IMG/VR virus record: IMGVR_UViG_641509473_000001
Coordinates: 20,202-84,201 of that record
Direction: 5' to 3' (one strand)
DNA from: a virus
Lineage: Duplodnaviria; Caudoviricetes
Length of the DNA: 64,000 bases
The position numbers were made by a program, and so were the translations under genes. The first letter of the stretch is position 1, and every line of letters starts with the position of its first letter. Shown here piece after piece: positions 9,723-18,475 of this stretch. Under the pieces are notes generated by a model. It was not told the DNA's origin. It worked only from the letters and a program-made list of their open reading frames with translations, and did no database searches.

Positions 9723-10281
9723 ATCTCTCCCTTTTGAACTTGATGACGCGTACGGGCTTTAGGACTTCCAGGTAACCTCGGCACACGCCAAAGGTTTTGG
9801 CTTGATGCAGGCTTGGAAACCAGATGTCCGCCCGCGAGCGCCAGCGCCTGTGCATGAGGTCTTCTACCAGGCCGTAGATGACCCGGTCGCCGCACACCAG
9901 GCGCACTTCCGTACCGAAGGGAATGCGCTTGGCCAAGTCGCGGCTCACGGCAATCACGTGGTACGGCGTGCCGTAGCGGCGCTCCACCCTGGTACGGGTC
10001 AAGGAAGCCGTAAGCCAAGGGGTGCTATCGGTAAGGTGCGGCAAAGAGGTGTAAGCGGAGATGGTTACGTAATAACGCGCGGCTACGTCGTACTGAAAGA
10101 CGGTATAAGCTTTTAGCCCTGAACCTGATGTTGGGGCGTAAGCGGGGGCAAGAGCGAGGCTCCATCCAACAAGAAGCGCAAGTCCCGCTCGGTAAAGACG
10201 TAGGAGCGGTAAGTGCCCTGCCCCTCCACTTGAAACTCTAACGAGAAAAATGCGCCTAACGACTTGACGGAAACGAGGCAA
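9694..10281 (-). CDS. 3D-domain (MltA-like) cell-wall enzyme, start uncertain
   Basis: SAYTS, TAS, IAVSRD, IPFGT, VED and RADIW pattern of 3D domains; hydrophobic stretch upstream. Confidence 0.65.
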   Translation of the reverse strand: MPRFRQVVRRIFLVRVSSGGAGHLPLLRLYRAGLALLVGWSLALAPAYAPTSGSGLKAYTVFQYDVAARYYVTISAYTSLPHLTDSTPWLTASLTRTRVERRYGTPYHVIAVSRDLAKRIPFGTEVRLVCGDRVIYGLVEDLMHRRWRSRADIWFPSLHQAKTFGVCRGYLEVLKPVRVIKFKRERYGPEARLQR

Positions 10282-10358
10282 TACTCTCCTCCTGTAGGAA
10301 CGAGAAAGCGCAAGCGCTCCCCGTTCCTTAACCGGGCAAGGACGTCTTCCATGCTCAT
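10113..10358 (-). CDS. Hypothetical protein (MSMEDVLARL..., 81 aa)
   Basis: ATG at 10358 in an ATGA overlap, with AGGAGG SD. Confidence 0.6.
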   Translation of the reverse strand: MSMEDVLARLRNGERLRFLVPTGGEYCLVSVKSLGAFFSLEFQVEGQGTYRSYVFTERDLRFLLDGASLLPPLTPQHQVQG

Positions 10359-10474
10359 TCCTTCCTCCTTAGCGCCGCCCAAATCATGAACGCGGCGATG
10401 ATGAAGAACATGGGCGGTTGAAACGGGTTCACCAAAAACGCTACGACGGCCATGAGAAACATGCCCGCGGCCAT
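10355..10474 (-). CDS. Small membrane protein (MAAGMFLMAVVAFLVNPFQPPMFFIIAAFMIWAALRRKE, 39 aa)
   Basis: Hand-translated; AGGAGGTGA SD; two hydrophobic segments; TGA overlaps next ATG. Confidence 0.7.
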   Translation of the reverse strand: MAAGMFLMAVVAFLVNPFQPPMFFIIAAFMIWAALRRKE

Positions 10475-10502
10475 GCTTCACCTCCTAAAACCAAAAAAGC
10501 CT

Positions 10503-11387
10503 CTAGACCCATGTAGAGTTCACCAGCTCTTCTATAGGGTCTATGCCGTAAGTTTCCGCAATAGCGTACAAAAACTGACGAAGTAGCTCTTCGTTGTGCG
10601 CGAGTTTGCTTATGGCCATGTCAATCAAGATGCGGATATAGTCCGACGTCCAATCCTCTTCGTAGTTCCACACGGCGTACTCTCTAGCCTTACCCAAAAC
10701 TGCATGCCAATCCAAGAAGAGAAGTTTGCTAGCTAGGTTGTCCAAGAACGTTAAGTCTTGACGCTCTTCGTTAGTGTGAGGGTTCTCGTACCCAACAGAC
10801 AGGTTCAAGCAATGCGGAATAAGGTCCTTGAATGCGGCGCTATCGGTGAAGACGCCTTCCGCCGGGGTCAAGCCTAGCAATCCGCCTAGCCAAAGGGCGA
10901 AGTCGTAGGAAGCCGTGGGAACGCCCAACTGGTGGTATACCAAGTCAGACTTTCCCTTCCGGTCTAGCGACACCATGATAAGGGGGTCGTCAAGTACCCA
11001 AGCGCCGCGCCGCATGAAGTGCGCGGCTTGCTTGGCTCCTACCAGGCCCACTTCTTCACCTACGAACAGAGCGTAAGAGGCTTCGGGAAAGTGTTCCTGC
11101 AGGTAGAGAATGAGGCTAATCCCGGCCTTGTCGTCCGCGCCGATAGGGTTCCAGCCTTTTCCAGAGACGATATTTTCGTCCAAAGCGTAGTACACCGGGC
11201 CAGCTTGCCCAACGGTGTCCAGATGGGCGGTGAACACCAAGGGAAGCTTGCCCGGCTTAATGTAGTTTCCGGCTCCGTCTTCAACAAAGCCTAGCTCGGA
11301 AAGCATGGAGCCGTAGACCACTTTCTCGTGTCCGTGAGGTACAAGGCCGAGGTCTACCAGTTCAAGAAAATATTCTGAAGGCTTCAC
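10503..11387 (-). CDS. M28/M20-like zinc peptidase
   Basis: AHLDTV, GADDKAG, EEVG, TDS and YENPHT motifs; GTG start at 11387 with GGAGG. Confidence 0.8.
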   Translation of the reverse strand: MKPSEYFLELVDLGLVPHGHEKVVYGSMLSELGFVEDGAGNYIKPGKLPLVFTAHLDTVGQAGPVYYALDENIVSGKGWNPIGADDKAGISLILYLQEHFPEASYALFVGEEVGLVGAKQAAHFMRRGAWVLDDPLIMVSLDRKGKSDLVYHQLGVPTASYDFALWLGGLLGLTPAEGVFTDSAAFKDLIPHCLNLSVGYENPHTNEERQDLTFLDNLASKLLFLDWHAVLGKAREYAVWNYEEDWTSDYIRILIDMAISKLAHNEELLRQFLYAIAETYGIDPIEELVNSTWV

Positions 11388-11884
11388 GTCTCCTCCACCA
11401 ACACCACCTTGGGCGGGGTAAGCTTGCGCCTTTCGGCGTAGCTCACCAGGTTGTAAAGCATGGTGGCAAACTCTCCTCGCCAGCCGTAGCTCTCTATCGT
11501 CTTGCGGTCCTCGGCCAGTATGGCCTCCCAAAGCTTCTTAGGCACGAGGAAGCCCTGACGGAAAGCCCGCCAACGGAAGTTGTTGACGGACTTCTCCGTC
11601 TTGTTGAGCTTCCGGGCGAGCTCTTTGGCGGGAACTGCCCGGTTGTAAAGCACTTCCACCGCCTCTTCCAAGGTGTAGGTGCTCCAGGCGGGCCGAGAAG
11701 CGGAGAGCTTGGGCGTAGATGTGGCCTCCAGGTAGACCTGAGAGCGGGGAATCCCCGCGCGCTCAATGGCCTCAAGCACGGGTTCCAGGCGTACGCCGAG
11801 GCTTTTAGCCGCGCGGCTTAGCTTGCTAGCTTCCAGAATGCCGTCCACGTACAACTTAGCAAGAACGCTTTCCATCATACGCAC
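11384..11884 (-). CDS. Hypothetical, possible HTH DNA-binding protein
   Basis: AKELARKLNKTEKSVNN HTH-like segment. Confidence 0.65.
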   Translation of the reverse strand: MRMMESVLAKLYVDGILEASKLSRAAKSLGVRLEPVLEAIERAGIPRSQVYLEATSTPKLSASRPAWSTYTLEEAVEVLYNRAVPAKELARKLNKTEKSVNNFRWRAFRQGFLVPKKLWEAILAEDRKTIESYGWRGEFATMLYNLVSYAERRKLTPPKVVLVEET

Positions 11885-11885
11885 C

Positions 11886-12095
11886 TCACTTCAAGGAGCG
11901 GTAGAGCTCCCTAAGCTTCCGTTCAAGCTCCTCCGCCTTAGTACGAACTTCAAAAGACGCGTAAGGCGAAAGGTACACCTTAAAGCGCCTAGAGCGGTGC
12001 ACATAGCCCCAAGTCATGATTTCGTTCCATATGCTAGGGCGAGCGTTGACAAGGTAGTCGTAAAGCTTGGCCGGGATGGCAATGTTCATGTTCAC
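11886..12095 (-). CDS. Hypothetical protein (69 aa)
   Basis: AGGAGGTG SD. Confidence 0.7.
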   Translation of the reverse strand: MNMNIAIPAKLYDYLVNARPSIWNEIMTWGYVHRSRRFKVYLSPYASFEVRTKAEELERKLRELYRSLK

Positions 12096-12100
12096 CTCCT

Positions 12101-12134
12101 AAAAGCAAAAACTCCTTGCGCGGGTGCAAGGAGT
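12101..12134 (-). terminator. Intrinsic terminator
   Basis: ACTCCTTGC-loop-GCAAGGAGT followed by TTTTGCTTTT. Confidence 0.75.
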
Positions 12135-12188
12135 ACGGTTTTCCCGGTACTCACTTCTAGGGTACGGTGCCTGTCAAGAGGGGGCGGT

Positions 12189-12223
12189 AAAAAAGAGGGG
12201 CTAACCCTAACGCGGGCTAGCCC
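12189..12223 (-). terminator. Intrinsic terminator
   Basis: GGGCTAGCCC...GGGTTAGCCC followed by CTCTTTTTT. Confidence 0.65.
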
Positions 12224-12232
12224 AAAGAATGG

Positions 12233-12871
12233 TTACCTATAGATGTGGCGCTCGGCAAGGCGCATGAACTCTAGAACAACGGGATGCTTGGGCGGGTTGA
12301 CGTAGGCCACCCCATTCCAATGGGAGAACTTGGGGTAAATGACCGCGTGAACTGTCTCAACGAGGCCATTCCCATCCCAAAGCTGAAGGTAAACGCCAAA
12401 CTCCGCAAGGTTAGGCGTTCCGGCGTGAGCTACCAAGCGATGTCCATCATCAAGCTGGGCCTCAAGGGTAACACCATCAGGCCCATGTCGCTTGATTGTA
12501 GCCCCAAGGCCCATAAGCCACCGAACGAGGGCCGCTTCCATGCACCTACCTTTAGCAAAATCGCTAAGCAGGTATATCAACTCCCAAGGAAGCGGAGCGC
12601 AACCACGACGAGCGGGAATGTACTCAATCTCGCCATCCGGTTGGACGATGCATGCCTCCTCGTCTTCTAGCTCCGGTATTTCCACAAACACGCCGAACCC
12701 GCCATTAGGGTACGCGTAAACGAAAGTGTTATCGAACCGCACCCAGTAGTGGGGAGCCTCCGGGTCATCCTCATACCGGGCTTCTAGAGCATGAGAAGCA
12801 AGATTGGCCTGGAGCAGAAGGTAGTGGATGACCTTTGCAACGGCTTCTATGGCTTGCGCGCTCTTTACCAT
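12233..12871 (-). CDS. Early hypothetical protein (212 aa), leaderless
   Basis: TTATTCTTTC directly abuts the ATG. Confidence 0.8.
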   Translation of the reverse strand: MVKSAQAIEAVAKVIHYLLLQANLASHALEARYEDDPEAPHYWVRFDNTFVYAYPNGGFGVFVEIPELEDEEACIVQPDGEIEYIPARRGCAPLPWELIYLLSDFAKGRCMEAALVRWLMGLGATIKRHGPDGVTLEAQLDDGHRLVAHAGTPNLAEFGVYLQLWDGNGLVETVHAVIYPKFSHWNGVAYVNPPKHPVVLEFMRLAERHIYR

Positions 12872-12902
12872 GAAAGAATAAAAAGGCTAAACCTAGTTTA
12901 GG

Positions 12903-13241
12903 CTAGCCCTTGTACTCAATGATAACTTCGTACCCGCGTTGGAGCGCCGCGCTCGCCAATAGCTCGGCAATCTCCTCCGCGTGGCAACGGAGGGGAGCGC
13001 ACCAGCAGGTAAGCTCCAACTCTCCTCGCTCAATAAGAAGCCTATAGAGCCGATTGAGCTCGGCCCTAATAGCCTTGTTTGTCTTGAGCTCCTCATTGAG
13101 CCAATCGCGGTAGAGCTCGCACACACGGTCTCGGTCTGCCTCCGACTTGAGGCGGAAAGGGTTCCCTAGCACCGAAGGGCGGCCTACATATATTCCCTTG
13201 CCACCCCTACGCTTGTTGGTGATGTATATCTTGAGAGGCAT
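12903..13241 (-). CDS. DUF4326-like protein
   Basis: YVGRPSVLGNPF and LTCWCAPLRCHA motifs. Confidence 0.8.
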   Translation of the reverse strand: MPLKIYITNKRRGGKGIYVGRPSVLGNPFRLKSEADRDRVCELYRDWLNEELKTNKAIRAELNRLYRLLIERGELELTCWCAPLRCHAEEIAELLASAALQRGYEVIIEYKG

Positions 13242-13284
13242 ACCAAAATAATAAAGGCTACCCCTCTTGGGGTAGCCTTAAGGA

Positions 13285-13641
13285 CTAGCAATCAAAGCCC
13301 TGGAAGGGGGGCTTAAAGTAGAAGTTCTCGCCTTCCCAAAGGGCCTTGATTGCTAGTAACAACTCCCACCCACAGTCATCAAAGCCGAAGGTGTCCTCCT
13401 CCCCGGTGGCGGCATCCTTAACCAGGATGGTACCGGGGTAGGTCTCATAGAGGACGACAAAATCGAGGCGGGAGTTGGTGTAGAGCTTGAGCTCCGCCCG
13501 CTTATAACCCATCATGGGATAAGCGGTACTACGCTCAACAAGCACCGCCTCCCGTTCCCCCGACTTAGGGAGTGGGAGCTTCTTGCCTTCCTTAGCCATA
13601 TACACAAGAGCCTGGAGGGTTAGCTCGTTAGTTTCTCCCAT
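13285..13641 (-). CDS. Early hypothetical protein (118 aa)
   Basis: Motif 3 nt upstream of ATG; hairpin downstream. Confidence 0.75.
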   Translation of the reverse strand: MGETNELTLQALVYMAKEGKKLPLPKSGEREAVLVERSTAYPMMGYKRAELKLYTNSRLDFVVLYETYPGTILVKDAATGEEDTFGFDDCGWELLLAIKALWEGENFYFKPPFQGFDC

Positions 13642-13718
13642 AACAAAAGAATAATATGGCTAGAAGCCTCTCCCTTAGAAAGGGATAGCTCCTAGCCAGC
13701 GGCATACTCTAGCGGTAG

Positions 13719-14081
13719 TTACAAGGTAGCAATCTCTTCAACCCAATCCTTGGCTTGAGAATCCCACTTTACGAACCAGACACTGAGGGTGCTAGGATTT
13801 GCGACTACGCGCGTAAGCTTACTATCAACGACGACGACGTCATCTTGGCGGAACACAAACGGCTTAATGTAAAGACCCTGAGAGGTGATAAACCTAATAG
13901 CCCACTCAATGCCTTGAGCAAGGATGTCTGCAAGCTTATTAGGCTTGAAGGTCTCAGAAGCGTCCGCAAGGATATTAACAAGCGCATCGCGATAGGAAGA
14001 AGAGAGTACGATAGGCGTGTCAAGACGCTCCATTGCGGTAGCCACCCTATTCACAAAGATTTCCACTTGCTTGATTCCCAT
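13719..14081 (-). CDS. Hypothetical protein (MGIKQVEIF..., 120 aa)
   Basis: ATG at 14081 with GAGGAGG SD. Confidence 0.75.
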   Translation of the reverse strand: MGIKQVEIFVNRVATAMERLDTPIVLSSSYRDALVNILADASETFKPNKLADILAQGIEWAIRFITSQGLYIKPFVFRQDDVVVVDSKLTRVVANPSTLSVWFVKWDSQAKDWVEEIATL

Positions 14082-14152
14082 GCATCCCTCCTCGCCCCTT
14101 TTATAAACCCCGCGTGGAGCTAGGGGCAAGGCCCCACGCGGGGTCAATGGGC

Positions 14153-15007
14153 TTAGGCCGAGGTCTGGATTTGGGAGAAGGTCTTCACCTTCTCCCAGAG
14201 ATTGTTAGGGATGAGGCCCGCCTCGGAACGGAGACCAGGAGGCTCAATGCCGAAGCTCTTCGCAACGGTAGGAATGGCGGCCCGCACGGTCGCGGTAACC
14301 GCCCCAGGCGTGTACGCCTGAGCAGTAGAAACGAGCTCGGCACCCTCAAGAAGTGCCTTAGTCTCCTCCCTCCAGCTAGGCGTAAGGCCGGGGTCGAGAA
14401 CGACAACATGCTTACCCGCGGCCCTAGCGGCCTGGATGAAGGGAAGGTTGGAGACCCGCGCGAGGGTTACGAGAACGCTTTGCGGCATGGAGCGCACGAA
14501 GGCTTCCGCAACCTCCATCTTGACGCGAAGGCGAGGATTGACCGTGATAAACACGGAATCCTCACGAGGCCAAGTGGGTTGCAGTTCAAGCCGGTTGCGG
14601 AACGCTTCTACGGCGTTATACCGCGCGATGATGTTCTCGCCGTCCTGGAGAGCCTCGGCGAACCTACGGCTCTCTTCGTCCCACCAGTAAACGACAACAG
14701 GACGAAGACCGTTGAAGACAGCGTCGGCCACCGCCCTATCCACCGCGCTAAAGTCCACCGCCTGAGTGTCCAGGTCAACCGCGGGCACGAAGATAGCACG
14801 AAGGCCGTCCTGGTCAAGAACGGCGGGGCCGGTGGTCTGCCCAAGCAGGCGCTCAAGGTCAATACCTTTAGCAAGGGCCTTCTGGCGGTAGACCGCCGCG
14901 AGGCCCTTGCTAAGGATGGCATTGCCGTTAAGGCGCTTCTGCTTGGGGTAGACCACAACCTCAAACGCATCCGTAGCCTGATTCCTCTTGACTTCAAGCT
15001 TCTCCAT
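14153..15007 (-). CDS. Hypothetical protein (284 aa) next to the phage RNAP
   Basis: AGGAGG SD; promoter motif at 15063-15072. Confidence 0.8.
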   Translation of the reverse strand: MEKLEVKRNQATDAFEVVVYPKQKRLNGNAILSKGLAAVYRQKALAKGIDLERLLGQTTGPAVLDQDGLRAIFVPAVDLDTQAVDFSAVDRAVADAVFNGLRPVVVYWWDEESRRFAEALQDGENIIARYNAVEAFRNRLELQPTWPREDSVFITVNPRLRVKMEVAEAFVRSMPQSVLVTLARVSNLPFIQAARAAGKHVVVLDPGLTPSWREETKALLEGAELVSTAQAYTPGAVTATVRAAIPTVAKSFGIEPPGLRSEAGLIPNNLWEKVKTFSQIQTSA

Positions 15008-15088
15008 AGTTTCCTCCTTTTCTTATCCCAAAGGTGGAGCAGGCTTACCGCCCACTCCACCTAAGGGAATAAGAATCGCTAAAAGCCC

Positions 15089-16945
15089 CTAGATACTAAA
15101 GAGGTCTGCAAACAAGGTATCTAGGGGGGCGCTATTTGCCGAAGTATTCACGCCGTCTACGGCATTGAGAGCCTCTTCAAGCTCTTCCATAGCGGGACGA
15201 TAGCCCAACTGCTTGAAGACAGCCTCAAGCTCTTCCTTGCTAGCCAAGCGTAGCCACAACTCAGGGTGGTCTGTAGCTTGACTAGCAGGGAGCCCCATCT
15301 GGACGAGGGCGTCATAGACGGCGTGGCGTTTGCCTGATTGAAGCCCTGCCGTGAGGAGGTCCTCCACCTCCTTGGGCCTAGGCTCTGGAGCAGGTAAGGC
15401 GAAGGCCAGCGCGGCGAGGACTGGACCGGGGCGCCTATGCTCACCGCGGGCTAGTACACGAGATACCTTGGACGCCAAAGGCTTCAGACCATCTTTCATG
15501 TCAGGATGGCCTACATATCCGTCCAAGGTTTCCCATGCTCTCCACCGGTTGGTAATCTTGGCCGCTGGAGTGTTGCCCTCTGGCGTGAGCTTGCCGCCCG
15601 GTACCGCTAACCTCCAGAAGTCGGTCATGACCGGGTCTTTGATGGTCTTGAAGTCAAAGTCCGGCCATTGGATGTCCCGCTTCTGGCGGTCCACCGCCAC
15701 CTGAATCATCTCGGTAGCGGCGTGTAGATAGTCTTGAGACACCTCTTCACCATTAGCCCAAGCGGCATCAAGAAGGCGACGGGTATTCACCTCTACCCGG
15801 CCCAAGATATGAGCCGCGTGGACTTGACCTGCCCACCTGTGAAGACCAGATTCGTAGTCCTTGGTGGGTAGGTCTTTACGATGTAACGCCTCGCCGTGGA
15901 AGGGCATATAAAGTCCGCCCATCTCCGGCGTGGGGAACACGTACCCAATATCGCCATCGTAATCCGCCCCGGTTGGAGCGATGTCGTGCTCGTGGGCGAT
16001 TACGGAGTCGGCGATGGGCGATAGCCCCACATAGGTGAGCTCAACCGCCGACTGGCCCGTAGGCAAATCGGGACGGCGGTTGAAGATGACACGCTCACCC
16101 GGCTTCCAACGGCGGGTGTAGGCCAACACGCCTCCGTCCTCAAGGCCGTGCAAGCCTAGGAACGGGAGAATCTTTGGAGAGAGCAAGATACCGCCAAAGC
16201 CGGTGTTTGGTCCCTTGAGCTTCAGGTACTGAGCAATAGGGTACAGAAGCTCAAGAGGCGCACCGGCCTCTACTAGTCGCGACTTCTCAGGAGGAAAGGC
16301 AAAGTCTAAGTCTAGATGCTTCCACCATCCAGGTATGCCTTGGTAGTAAAGGCCCTGGACGGTGTATTCCGCCGTGAACTGGGTTTGAAGCAAGATGGCG
16401 TGGATTTCTAAGACGTCGCCAAGCTCTTCCACGCCATACCCATCGTCAAAGGCCAATAGCGGCTCCTTGACGTTGGGATGGGTAACGATGACACCCTTCC
16501 AGGCACGGAAGATTTCGTTTCCGCGCCTGGAGAACATGCGAACTTGCGCCCATCCGTTTGGCGACGGTACGATTTCAGGCATGGGTGGGAATATGCCGAC
16601 AATACCATCGCCAAACACCTTCTTACCCTTAACGAGAGTTAGGCTAGAGGTTGGAAGTTCGGTTCTCGCCCTAGAAGGAGCGCGAACAAAATCCGACACC
16701 CTCCAGCCGGGAAGGTGGAAGTTGGCCCCCGTGCTCCCTGGCCACATAACGACATTGTCCTTGCCAATCAAACCGTGGGGAATGTGGCCAAGAGCTTCTT
16801 CCACCAAATGTGCTAAAGCATCAAAGATGTTTCTATAAGAGCCCTCGGTGGGCTCCGCCGAAGACTGCAACTCTCTAACGCGTTCTTTAGGAAACTCTAG
16901 CAGGTTCCACCCCAACAAGGTTCCGATTCGCGTTCCCATGCTCAC
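15089..16945 (-). CDS. gp64: Non-virion single-chain two-barrel RNA polymerase gp64 (ATG 16939 possible start)
   Basis: GDGIVG, QVR, WKG, FNRRP and catalytic ADYDGD (15950-15964); recognised as P23-45 gp64. Confidence 0.9.
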   Translation of the reverse strand: MSMGTRIGTLLGWNLLEFPKERVRELQSSAEPTEGSYRNIFDALAHLVEEALGHIPHGLIGKDNVVMWPGSTGANFHLPGWRVSDFVRAPSRARTELPTSSLTLVKGKKVFGDGIVGIFPPMPEIVPSPNGWAQVRMFSRRGNEIFRAWKGVIVTHPNVKEPLLAFDDGYGVEELGDVLEIHAILLQTQFTAEYTVQGLYYQGIPGWWKHLDLDFAFPPEKSRLVEAGAPLELLYPIAQYLKLKGPNTGFGGILLSPKILPFLGLHGLEDGGVLAYTRRWKPGERVIFNRRPDLPTGQSAVELTYVGLSPIADSVIAHEHDIAPTGADYDGDIGYVFPTPEMGGLYMPFHGEALHRKDLPTKDYESGLHRWAGQVHAAHILGRVEVNTRRLLDAAWANGEEVSQDYLHAATEMIQVAVDRQKRDIQWPDFDFKTIKDPVMTDFWRLAVPGGKLTPEGNTPAAKITNRWRAWETLDGYVGHPDMKDGLKPLASKVSRVLARGEHRRPGPVLAALAFALPAPEPRPKEVEDLLTAGLQSGKRHAVYDALVQMGLPASQATDHPELWLRLASKEELEAVFKQLGYRPAMEELEEALNAVDGVNTSANSAPLDTLFADLFSI

Positions 16946-16969
16946 CTCCCAAAGGGAATAAAGGGAGGA

Positions 16970-17008
16970 AAAAGAAAAGGCTTGAGCCCGAAGCTCGAGC
17001 CCAAGCCC
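16970..17008 (-). terminator. Intrinsic terminator upstream of the gp64 promoter motif
   Basis: GGCTTGGGCTC...GGGCTCAAGCC followed by TTTTCTTTTT. Confidence 0.65.
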
Positions 17009-17016
17009 TTAGACAC

Positions 17017-17298
17017 TTACCAAATCTCCCAGTAGATGGAGCGCTTGATGTCAGGCGAGATTCTCTCCCACCTATCGTCGCCGTTAAGAATCAGGTGCTC
17101 CATCTGGCGCTCGAGGCTCCTTCTTTTCTTGGCCTGAATCTTTTTGAACCAGGACAACCCTCGCTTAGAAAGGGTCTTCTGGTTCCTGTAGTAACACCTG
17201 ACCAACGTAGCCAGGTCTACCTTGATTGGGTAAACCTTGGCCACTTGGCGCTTCTTGGCTTTACGGTAGACAACCTCTTTATTCTTCCTCCTCCTCAT
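17017..17298 (-). CDS. Basic hypothetical protein (MRRRKNKEVV..., 93 aa)
   Basis: ATG at 17298 with AAGGAGG SD; the track ORF is over-extended. Confidence 0.7.
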   Translation of the reverse strand: MRRRKNKEVVYRKAKKRQVAKVYPIKVDLATLVRCYYRNQKTLSKRGLSWFKKIQAKKRRSLERQMEHLILNGDDRWERISPDIKRSIYWEIW

Positions 17299-17389
17299 CC
17301 TGCCTCCTTGAAAAGAAAGCTCCAAGAGCAATGATGACGACGGTATAGACCATAAGCCAAGCAGGCACAGGCGGTATCTGGTGCTCCAT
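17279..17389 (-). CDS. Small membrane protein (MEHQIPPVPAWLMVYTVVIIALGAFFSRRQDEEEEE, 36 aa)
   Basis: Hand-translated; variant motif CTATACCTTT abuts ATG; one TM helix and acidic tail. Confidence 0.65.
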   Translation of the reverse strand: MEHQIPPVPAWLMVYTVVIIALGAFFSRRQDEEEEE

Positions 17390-17441
17390 AAAGGTATAGG
17401 CAAAAAGAGAGGGCTAAGCGCCCTCTGTTCTGCCTAAAGAA

Positions 17442-17651
17442 TCACAAGCACGAGGACACTACTTCCCAGACGTCCTCATGCATGTCTTCAATGTCTTCGC
17501 TAGGGATGTCTCCATATGCGTTGATAGCGAACTGCTCCTCCTCACCATCGGGTAGGATGACGGTAACAAAGGTGTCCCCGAAGACCTCAACAAAGTGGAC
17601 CTTGACATTCTCCTCGCCGAAGACCTCTTTGAGCCTCCTGACTATGTCCAT
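17442..17651 (-). CDS. Acidic early protein (69 aa), leaderless
   Basis: TTATTCTTTT-ATG; terminator at 17402-17426. Confidence 0.8.
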   Translation of the reverse strand: MDIVRRLKEVFGEENVKVHFVEVFGDTFVTVILPDGEEEQFAINAYGDIPSEDIEDMHEDVWEVVSSCL

Positions 17652-17711
17652 AAAAGAATAAAAGGCTAACTAGGACAGAGCCCTAGCTAGCCTACCCGCT
17701 CAAGTACCCGC

Positions 17712-17915
17712 TCAAGCCTCTACGTCGGCCTCAAGTTTGCGGGCGTTGAGCTTGCTCTTAAGCCGATAGTAAGTGGAGCGGAGCCTACGGCCGAGCATAT
17801 AGCCCTTGAAGAAAGCACGAGAACCCTTGATGAAAGGTCGCCTAGTAAAGAGCCCACGCTTAAAGCCTTTGGCCGCATCCTGGATAGCCTTCAAAAAGCT
17901 AGCAAGCTTTCCCAT
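17712..17915 (-). CDS. Basic early protein (67 aa), leaderless
   Basis: TTATTCTTTT-ATG. Confidence 0.75.
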   Translation of the reverse strand: MGKLASFLKAIQDAAKGFKRGLFTRRPFIKGSRAFFKGYMLGRRLRSTYYRLKSKLNARKLEADVEA

Positions 17916-18353
17916 AAAAGAATAATAAAAGGCTTGTCAAGAGCTAGCAAATCTAGCAAGCCACAAAAGTTCCAAGGTATGCTCGAGGCTAATAACGGCC
18001 AGAATCATGCTATTTGCTTTGCACTAGCGCTAGGTGTTGCTCTGCTCTAGCGCTTGTGGCTCAAACACTAGCTAGTGCGTTAGTGTTCAACGCTCGCTTC
18101 GCTCTAGCTTCCCTACCCAGCCCCGCTTCTCCGCCATTATTATTATAGCACACTTGTCAAGTCTCTAGAGTGTAGTTAGCTAAACGAGTTCCAGGTTATG
18201 CTCGAGGCTCTCAAGCAAATAGCGCTACTGGAGCTAGGATAGAGCTAGGAGCTAGGAGTGGGGAGCTAAGAGCTAGGGCTAGGGTAGAGGCTAGAAGCTA
18301 GGAAATGGGGGTGGTTTCCCCGCACCGCGCCCGTGGCCGGTGCGCTAGGGCAC

Positions 18354-18475
18354 GAGGAGAGAGAAGGAGAGGAAGGGACTATAGGGAAGGAGAGGAAGAG
18401 AGAGGAGAGAGGAGAGAAGGGAGAAGGAGGATAGGGGTATAAGGGGAAAGGAGGAAGAGGGAAGAGAGGAGAGAG
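18354..18475. repeat. Two polypurine/polypyrimidine mirror repeats (triplex/H-DNA forming)
   Basis: Perfect 25-nt mirror 18354-18378/18383-18407 (loop CTAT); 33-nt mirror with one mismatch 18405-18437/18443-18475 (loop TATAA). Confidence 0.9.

Noticed and set aside
18142-18160. TTGACA and TATAAT on the minus strand as a canonical sigmaA promoter
   Set aside because: Spacing is only 7 nt; at most an extended -10 element.
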